From Leptolyngbyaceae cyanobacterium (GTDB taxonomy: Bacteria; Cyanobacteriota; Cyanobacteriia; Phormidesmidales; Phormidesmidaceae), in contig CBDHHL010000032.1 of assembly GCA_965263355.1 (NCBI GenBank), positions 1,824,001 through 1,888,000 on the forward strand: a stretch of DNA of 64,000 nt. Direction: 5' to 3'. Numbering within the stretch: the first letter of the stretch is position 1; every line of letters begins with the position of its first letter. Of the stretch, positions 57,659 through 64,000 are shown in pieces. The translations under genes and the position numbers were made by a program. The notes under the pieces were generated by a model. It did not search any database, had not been told where the DNA came from, and saw only the letters and a program-made list of their open reading frames with translations.

Positions 57659-58459
57659 CTAACTGTAACTTAGCTTTCTCGCTATTGGCTCAGTGTCTCG
57701 AATAATGGTGACCCTTCTCACTTTCGTTCTGTAAGTCCCATCTGCATACAACCAAATCAGCCTAAAACCCGGCTTCTCTTCCACAATACCCACATCCAAT
57801 GACGTCACCTGCAAACAAGTCGACGGACATCCATAAAAGCTAATCCCCTCAGCCGTCTCCTGCCGAAACTCATGGTGAATATGCCCAAAAAAAACTACTT
57901 TAACGTTGGAAAATTGATTGATCAGTGAGAGAAATTCATCCGCATTTTGTACCTGCATCAGATCCACCCAATCAATACCTACCGGCAACGGTTGATGATG
58001 CAACGCGATGAGCGTAGGCTTATGGGAAGACTGACGCAAGTAACGTTGAAGTCGCTGTAACTGTTGTTCAGACAAATAACCTTCACCAAATTTTGCCTGG
58101 GGTAACACTGAATCAAGGAGAATCAGCTGCCAGGAACCCAGATTAACTGAAGTGAGTCCTTGAGCTGTAGGCAACTGCCGACATATCTGTTGAAGCCTAG
58201 GCAAGTGGTCATGATTACCAGGAATCCAATAGACGGGCAGTTGAAACGGTGCGATCGCATCCACTAAATGCCCATAGGCTTCAACATCCCCCTGTTCGGC
58301 CAAATCTCCTGTCAACAATAGCCCATCAGGTTTACACCGCATCACTTCCCGTAATACGGTATTAAATGACTGCCAGGGATTACAGCCCCGTAGCAGAGCC
58401 GTCGTTTGGGCTAGCAAATGGCTATCGGTAACTTGGGCTAATAGGAACGGTAAGCTCAT
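57659..58459 (-). CDS. CpdA/Icc-type metallophosphoesterase (cyclic-nucleotide phosphodiesterase family)
   Basis: TDSHL, TGDL, PGNHD, LHHQP, GHIH, CPSTC, PGFR; start overlaps the upstream stop (ATGA). Confidence 0.88.
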   Translation of the reverse strand: MSLPFLLAQVTDSHLLAQTTALLRGCNPWQSFNTVLREVMRCKPDGLLLTGDLAEQGDVEAYGHLVDAIAPFQLPVYWIPGNHDHLPRLQQICRQLPTAQGLTSVNLGSWQLILLDSVLPQAKFGEGYLSEQQLQRLQRYLRQSSHKPTLIALHHQPLPVGIDWVDLMQVQNADEFLSLINQFSNVKVVFFGHIHHEFRQETAEGISFYGCPSTCLQVTSLDVGIVEEKPGFRLIWLYADGTYRTKVRRVTIIRDTEPIARKLSYS

Positions 58460-59688
58460 GGTTCTAACTTTTGGTAGTACACTAATTCATGGTCGGGTAG
58501 AAGCTCCGGATGAAAAATCTTAACTAAATCCGCCAGAATCAGGTGAGGATTAACAGCACCGCTTTCCCAGTAATCGTTGCCACCGGTATCATTCATACGG
58601 GCATTGTTATTGAAAACGTTTTCTTGCTTAAAGGCTCCAAAGTTGCCATAGCGAGGGTCGGTTGCGATCGCATCGCCATAGGCTAACCAATCCTGACTAA
58701 CATTCACCCACACATCAGCCGCCGCCGCCTGATCAAAAACAGATTCAAAATCCAACGGGATGGTAACAGTAGACTCATTTTCTGCCCACAAATAATTTGA
58801 ACCTGCATCTTTTAACAGCTGAGCAGCATAGCTTTTACCCCCTGGCATATACCAAGTACCCTCGTAGCTAAAGCCAGAAAAAACGGTTGGTCGTTTTGAG
58901 ACAGTTGCTGTTAACTCCACTAATGATTCATACGCTGTAGAGATATCTGCAAACACTTGTTGAGCAGTTACCTCTTGATTAAAAAACAATGCTGTAAAGG
59001 TTAACCATTCAGCTCGTCCCAGGGGAGAGTTTTCCACATATTCCCCTAGTAAAACCACCGGTAATCCTACTTGGATCAAGCGCTTATAACTATCGACATC
59101 CGGATCACCGGTACCATAAGCCATGATCAGGTCTGGAGAACTAACTAACAGTCGCTCAATATCAAGGGTTCTACCTGAGCTAAATTCTATGAGTTTTCCC
59201 TGCTCAATTTTTGTACGCACATTAGGCGTGTATACAAAACTAAAATTATCCATACCCACCAGCGCATCTATTTCGTTTAACAGCTCTAAATGGGGCAGAT
59301 ACGTCGTAGACAGTGTAACAACGCTACTAACAGGCACCTGTATCACCTGAGCTTCTGTAAATCCCTCTGGAGTCGGTGTACCGCATTGTACTAGCAGATA
59401 TTCAAAGGTTTCATTAGCAGCTTGCCATGGCTGAACCACCGTTACGATCTTGTAATGGTTGTAGTAGTCAACAGAAAAGCCGATGGCGTACTCTGGCTGA
59501 ACTTTGTTGGGAAAATAGTCTTTATTAGGATCATAGTCAGTTACACAGGCAGAATTTGCAGATTTTTCAGAGATGGGGGGGGCTGTTACAGAGGGAAGTT
59601 GCCGACAGCTAACAGTTGTGAATAAACCTGTTAGGAACACTGCCGTAAAGACAGGCTTATCCCCTAGCCACTTAGATCGGTACATCAT
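58456..59688 (-). CDS. ABC substrate-binding lipoprotein (BtuF/iron-siderophore class)
   Basis: Lipobox TVSC; ENSPLGRAEW; PGGKSY; NDYWESG..NPHLILADL. Confidence 0.85.
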   Translation of the reverse strand: MMYRSKWLGDKPVFTAVFLTGLFTTVSCRQLPSVTAPPISEKSANSACVTDYDPNKDYFPNKVQPEYAIGFSVDYYNHYKIVTVVQPWQAANETFEYLLVQCGTPTPEGFTEAQVIQVPVSSVVTLSTTYLPHLELLNEIDALVGMDNFSFVYTPNVRTKIEQGKLIEFSSGRTLDIERLLVSSPDLIMAYGTGDPDVDSYKRLIQVGLPVVLLGEYVENSPLGRAEWLTFTALFFNQEVTAQQVFADISTAYESLVELTATVSKRPTVFSGFSYEGTWYMPGGKSYAAQLLKDAGSNYLWAENESTVTIPLDFESVFDQAAAADVWVNVSQDWLAYGDAIATDPRYGNFGAFKQENVFNNNARMNDTGGNDYWESGAVNPHLILADLVKIFHPELLPDHELVYYQKLEP

Positions 59689-59709
59689 CGTTCCCTTCTC
59701 CTTAGCGCA

Positions 59710-61815
59710 TCAAAATGTCCCTTTTATCCCTACCTGGATGCTTCGCCCCACCCCTGGAAAGCCAGGAAACTCTTCAAACTCCTCGTCAAAAATATTGTCC
59801 ATACTTGCTCTTAATGTCCAGTTATCACTCAGAGGTACCCGTAATTTAAAGTCCATAGTTGTTCGTCCGTCAAGAGTTTCTAGGTTACCTCTATCAACAA
59901 AAGTATCACTGATGGAGTGCAAAAACAGAGCAGCGTACAACCCATCTCCTGGCTCATAGGCTACACCAAAATTAAAGCTGTCTGCATTAGTGAATGGCAA
60001 AGAGTTACCTTTATCGGCTGGGTTAGAACTTTCCCTGATTTCTGGACGGTTCCATGTATAGTTAGCAAAGGTAAACACATTGTCAAATACCTGGTAACTC
60101 AGCTCCGTTTCGATGCCAACAGACTCCACATGATCTATGTTTTCAAGTCTGAAGGTTTCACTGTCAAAGTTAATGGCATCATCAATTTCGTTACGATAGA
60201 AGGTAAATCTAAATAAACCTCGCTTCCCAATTTGTTGATCAATACCGACGTCAAAGCTAAGCCCAGTTTCTGGCTCAAGGTCTGGGTTGTTGGTATTGAA
60301 CGTTGTCAAAAAGAGATCCGAGAGAGTGGGTACGCGAAAATTACGAGCAAAGTTAGCCCGAAAATTAGTGGTATCGGTTAGGGCCACCCGTGTCCCCAGA
60401 TTAAAGGATGTAAAAGAGCCATCAGCCAAATCGTTGAAATCTTGGCGAATGCCAGCATTTACACTAAAATGAGATGTGATATCAGCCTGATATCGTACAA
60501 AAATACCCGTTTGGTTGATACTTTCGTCATAGGCCTCGGTGGTTATCCCTGTCAACAAATTTGTTGTCTCATTCTCTGCTTGAACGTTGCGATAGTCGAC
60601 GCCATAGGCAATATTTTGATTACTAGCAAATTGCCATGAGTGTTGTAATTGCCCTCCGAGAGATGTCTGGTCAATCCGGTCTTCCGAAGGATTATCAAAA
60701 CTATTATCAGCCACCGGGTCATTGAACGTTAAGTCAAGGAAATCGCCAAACAAGCGTGCTGTTAGTAATGAGTCATCACCTTGTCCTAGCTTTAACTCAT
60801 AGGTCAGATCAAGCAGCAAGTTTTCTGTGTACTGATTATCATCCTCAGTTAATGTATTAAACGCACCAAACCCGCTAGGTGTAGGCACACCACCAGGAAC
60901 ATTTAAATCTTTTGTCAGATATAATGCTCCCAAGTTGAGACGATTCCGGTCGTTGAAGTCAGCTGCCAATTGAAAATTGAGATTGTTATAGAGCACCTCT
61001 GCATTGGTGCGAGTACCCTCAAAGTCAGTTGTGCTTAGACTAAAAGGAAAGTCATTGTCCGAATCGGTGCGATTATAACCCAAGCTCCAGTTAATATTAC
61101 TAGTGTTTCCTCGTACTTGTAGTACCTGACTGTTATAACCAAAACTGCCAAGATCAAAGCTAGTTTTAGCTTCAATGCCTTCCTCCACCAATGGTCTGCG
61201 CGTAATAATGTTAATAACACCACCGATAGCATTGGACCCGTATAGCACTGAACCGCCCCCTGGCAGTACTTCGATTTGCTCCACTGCATCGGTTGTAAAA
61301 TTCGATAAGTCAAACGCTCCCGCAGCACCAATCTCGTTAATAGGACGTCCATCCAGTAAAATTAGGGTTTGAGCTGACCCATTCCCCCGAATAAACTGGC
61401 TACTTTGGGCTCCAATCTGACCACCCGCTGTACCTTCACTCAACACACCTGGTAAAAAGCGTAATGCTTCATCAACAGTGCGTGCCCCCTGAGCTTCGAT
61501 TTGCTCACGGTTGATCACATAGACTGGCTGTGTCGCCTCACGTACGGTGCCCTCACGACGGAAAGGGGTGTAGACTGGCTGATCAAGAATGCTCTCGATC
61601 ACATTAATTCGCAGAATATCGTCATCATCAGAAGACTGAGCGAATATTGCTGACGTTTCTGGATTGAATATTTCTTCGGCCCAAGCAGGTGCCACTAGCA
61701 GCCAAGGTAGCAGAATAAAAGAAACAGAAAATTTGGACATGGTAGATGATAATTGTTTTTTCAGTTTGAAGTGCGTTGGATGAGGAGAATCTAAAAGCCA
61801 AATCATTGACTTCAT
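59710..61815 (-). CDS. btuB: TonB-dependent receptor, probable BtuB (cobamide)
   Basis: Plug motifs (VINREQIE, FIRG, LLDGRP, EQIEVL.G..SVLYG..AIGGVINIIT), NPDLEPE, C-terminal Phe; preceded by a cobalamin riboswitch. True start may be the later Met (MSKFSV). Confidence 0.85.
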   Translation of the reverse strand: MKSMIWLLDSPHPTHFKLKKQLSSTMSKFSVSFILLPWLLVAPAWAEEIFNPETSAIFAQSSDDDDILRINVIESILDQPVYTPFRREGTVREATQPVYVINREQIEAQGARTVDEALRFLPGVLSEGTAGGQIGAQSSQFIRGNGSAQTLILLDGRPINEIGAAGAFDLSNFTTDAVEQIEVLPGGGSVLYGSNAIGGVINIITRRPLVEEGIEAKTSFDLGSFGYNSQVLQVRGNTSNINWSLGYNRTDSDNDFPFSLSTTDFEGTRTNAEVLYNNLNFQLAADFNDRNRLNLGALYLTKDLNVPGGVPTPSGFGAFNTLTEDDNQYTENLLLDLTYELKLGQGDDSLLTARLFGDFLDLTFNDPVADNSFDNPSEDRIDQTSLGGQLQHSWQFASNQNIAYGVDYRNVQAENETTNLLTGITTEAYDESINQTGIFVRYQADITSHFSVNAGIRQDFNDLADGSFTSFNLGTRVALTDTTNFRANFARNFRVPTLSDLFLTTFNTNNPDLEPETGLSFDVGIDQQIGKRGLFRFTFYRNEIDDAINFDSETFRLENIDHVESVGIETELSYQVFDNVFTFANYTWNRPEIRESSNPADKGNSLPFTNADSFNFGVAYEPGDGLYAALFLHSISDTFVDRGNLETLDGRTTMDFKLRVPLSDNWTLRASMDNIFDEEFEEFPGFPGVGRSIQVGIKGTF

Positions 61816-62133
61816 CTTTCAGTCCCTCCTGCCTGAAGAGAAAGAGAAAAAAGGAAAAAATCTGACACAATATGATTTTTTCCAACTCAAAACTTCTCCT
61901 CAGGGAAAAGGCTTTAAAGTGAGGGGCAAAGCCTACATTTACAAGCCAACTCTCAGGTATCTATCCAGCTAAGTGATGTAGGTTTAAGCCGATTTAGAGA
62001 CATTATGCCTAGACTCTAGCCAATGCTGCACTAAAATCATCGATATAGCCACGAAAAACTCGCCAACAGAGCCTTGATCGGCTAAAAAATAATTGATTCA
62101 CCATCCGTACCTCGCAGATATTTTTAGATCATT

Positions 62134-62266
62134 GCATCGGCGGGCATTCTGACTGAGAGGTATAAACAAGATTCAGAGCCTCCTTCACAGCTGCGGGACA
62201 GTGGCAGACTTTCACTGCGCTTTCCCCATTGACTCTAGTGACTGCTCCCCACTAGAACCGATACAG
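62134..62266 (-). ncRNA. Cobalamin (B12) riboswitch
   Basis: Minus strand reads ATCGGTTCTAGTGGGG...AATGGGGAAAG..CAGTGAAAGTCTG.CACTGTCCCGCAGCTGTGA...AGTCAGAATGCCCGCCGATG, with the B12-box features of the cobalamin riboswitch. Confidence 0.92.
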
Positions 62267-62449
62267 TGGAAAAATCATATCACACTGTCTAAAGCTGAAA
62301 TCTAAAGCTGAAATATTCAAATTGAATAAACTACGTCCAAGTTGGACCCTTTAGATTCTTCACCGGAAAAACGACCATCCTGGACGTGGACAGAATTTAG
62401 ATGGAGCCTCTCAATTTGTAATCACCCAGCCACAGTAACTCTGGTCGCC

Positions 62450-63448
62450 ATGACAAAATCTATCCTAACAATTGAAGCAGTCTATTCAACATTAAGTACG
62501 TCTGAGCTGCTAGCCAAAGTAGTGTCGCAGTATGCAATGCCTACTACCCCCACCTACTGTGAGTTCTGGTATCGGGGCTTAAATGACACCTATAAATTAT
62601 CTTCAGCAAAAGAGAATTTCGTTTTGCGTGTCTATCGAAAAAATTGGCGGACGCTCTCAGCAATAACGTTTGAGTTAGAGGCCATTATGTACTTACATCG
62701 GGCAGGTGTTGCTGTTGCGATGCCCATGGAGAAAAAAGACGGTGGTTTTATTACGTCCATTATGGCTCCAGAAGGTGAAAGATATGTCATTATCACCGAA
62801 TTTGCTCGAGGAAATATTCTAAAATTTGAAGATGACAACGATGCTAGAATCTTTGGCAAAGCTGTTGCAGAAATTCATCATTTTTCCTCTGGATTTAAGT
62901 CCAGCTCTTCTCGTTACACATTAAATCTTCAACATCTTATTAATGAGCCACTAGTAAATATTAAACCTTATCTGTCTCACAGATCTGCAGACTGGGAATT
63001 TGTCAGTGAGTTTGCACGTACCCTTTCTAGCATTATAAATAGAGCAGACTCAGGTGAACTCGACTATGGCTTTTGTCATGGAGACGTTCATGGAGAAAAT
63101 GCCCATGAACATAATGGCAAAGTGACGCATTTTGATTTTGACTGCTGTGGGTTTGGTTGGCGAAGTTATGATTTGGCTACCTTTAAGTGGGTGAGCAGGT
63201 TGCTAGCAAGAGAAGATAAACTATGGCCCAGTTTTTTGGAAGGATACCGATCAAAGAGAAAGATTTCTGGTTTAGATTTAAGCCTGATCGAGCCTTTTGT
63301 GGCTATTCGAGATATTTGGTTTTTTGGGCTGAATACGGGTAACTCTCTAGCGCAAGGCTGGCTTAACGATGACTATTTTGACCTACACTTGAATTTGCTC
63401 AAACAATCATCTGAGATAATTAGTCTGGGAATATTTTGGATGAGTTAG
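62450..63448 (+). CDS. APH/homoserine kinase type II-like phosphotransferase
   Basis: GLNDTY, VLRVYR, Brenner motif CHGDVHGEN, FDFD, YDLA. Start MTKSIL at 62450. Confidence 0.85.
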   Translation: MTKSILTIEAVYSTLSTSELLAKVVSQYAMPTTPTYCEFWYRGLNDTYKLSSAKENFVLRVYRKNWRTLSAITFELEAIMYLHRAGVAVAMPMEKKDGGFITSIMAPEGERYVIITEFARGNILKFEDDNDARIFGKAVAEIHHFSSGFKSSSSRYTLNLQHLINEPLVNIKPYLSHRSADWEFVSEFARTLSSIINRADSGELDYGFCHGDVHGENAHEHNGKVTHFDFDCCGFGWRSYDLATFKWVSRLLAREDKLWPSFLEGYRSKRKISGLDLSLIEPFVAIRDIWFFGLNTGNSLAQGWLNDDYFDLHLNLLKQSSEIISLGIFWMS

Positions 63449-63563
63449 TAGGGGCAATTGTTGGCCTGACTGGACATCTTGACTAGCCTACGATGGTTAA
63501 CTGGCTTACCGGGTGCCTGCTGTAAATGCCTCTTAGCTGTAGTATTTCTAAATTTTAAAGCAC

Positions 63564-64000
63564 CTACCCAGAAATCTTGTCACCTGCTCTCAGGTATTTG
63601 TGAATCATGTTTAATAGCTCCTTAGCTTCTGGTGGCTTGACCAAAAACTCGGTAGCACCGGCCATACTAGCTCGGGCCCGATCCACTGGTTTACTTCGTC
63701 CCGTCAAGATAATGATAGGTGTATCCTTAAAGACTGGCGTATCGCGTAAAAATCGACAGATGTTATAGCCATCAGTATGGGGCAACATCACATCCAATAA
63801 GATCAGACTGGGCCTATGCTCAATCAGTTGCGCAAACCCCTGCATCGGTTCTTGAATAATTAACGTTCGATAGCCACCTGTCGCTAAGATTTTTTTCAGA
63901 CTATGGGCCAGGACTGGACTGTCATCAATGCAAGCAATCAGAGGCAGATGACTATTGTCACTCGATAGAACCGGCTCAGGTGTGGAGGATTTTTGGGGGA
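63564..64000 (-). CDS. PatA-like response regulator, C-terminal part (5' end outside the window)
   Basis: Frame is open to the window edge: PLIACIDDSPVLAHSLKKIL...PSLILLDVMLPHTDGYNIC...FLVKP. Confidence 0.8.
   Translation of the reverse strand, partial: PQKSSTPEPVLSSDNSHLPLIACIDDSPVLAHSLKKILATGGYRTLIIQEPMQGFAQLIEHRPSLILLDVMLPHTDGYNICRFLRDTPVFKDTPIIILTGRSKPVDRARASMAGATEFLVKPPEAKELLNMIHKYLRAGDKISG

Noticed and set aside
62450..63448. Phosphotransferase as a B12-pathway kinase or an antibiotic-resistance gene
   Set aside because: It is divergent from the riboswitch and so not under its control; only generic APH-fold motifs are visible.

Overview
Chromosomal window from a cyanobacterium: many HIP1 GCGATCGC octamers, cpmA/larB, PatA-type regulators, a PEP-CTERM protein and hetP homologues. 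The gene set suggests a filamentous Leptolyngbyaceae-like strain, which is inference. The most striking region is 6.9-17.3 kb, a hetC/hetP-like type I secretion locus. It has a C39-peptidase ABC exporter with cNMP-binding-like N-terminal domains, HlyD, a PpiC/SurA-type foldase, two HetP homologues, three double-glycine-leader small proteins with Cys-free Ser/Ala/Thr/Asn/Tyr-rich beta-strand-like cores, and a PEP-CTERM protein. No peptide-modifying enzyme is present. Both HetP proteins carry an internal copy of the substrates' leader motif, and a perfect CRP box lies upstream of the exporter. Next comes a decayed integrative element (tyrosine integrase, excisionase-like remnant, ISNCY-type remnant with TIRs), then GGT, dynamin-like, Rpn, a large TPR-CHAT protein, a carotenoid oxygenase and a hydantoinase/carbamoylase cluster. 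After these are an apparently foreign LysR-DcaP-VOC islet and a chemosensory operon (two PatA, dual CheW, NarX/PilJ-domain MCP, CheA, REC-only CheB). A cobalamin-riboswitch-controlled uptake operon contains a translationally coupled CpdA-like phosphodiesterase. Several MITE/REP-like repeats occur. No rRNA, tRNA or CRISPR array was seen. All product calls are from motif recognition by eye; no database searches were run.
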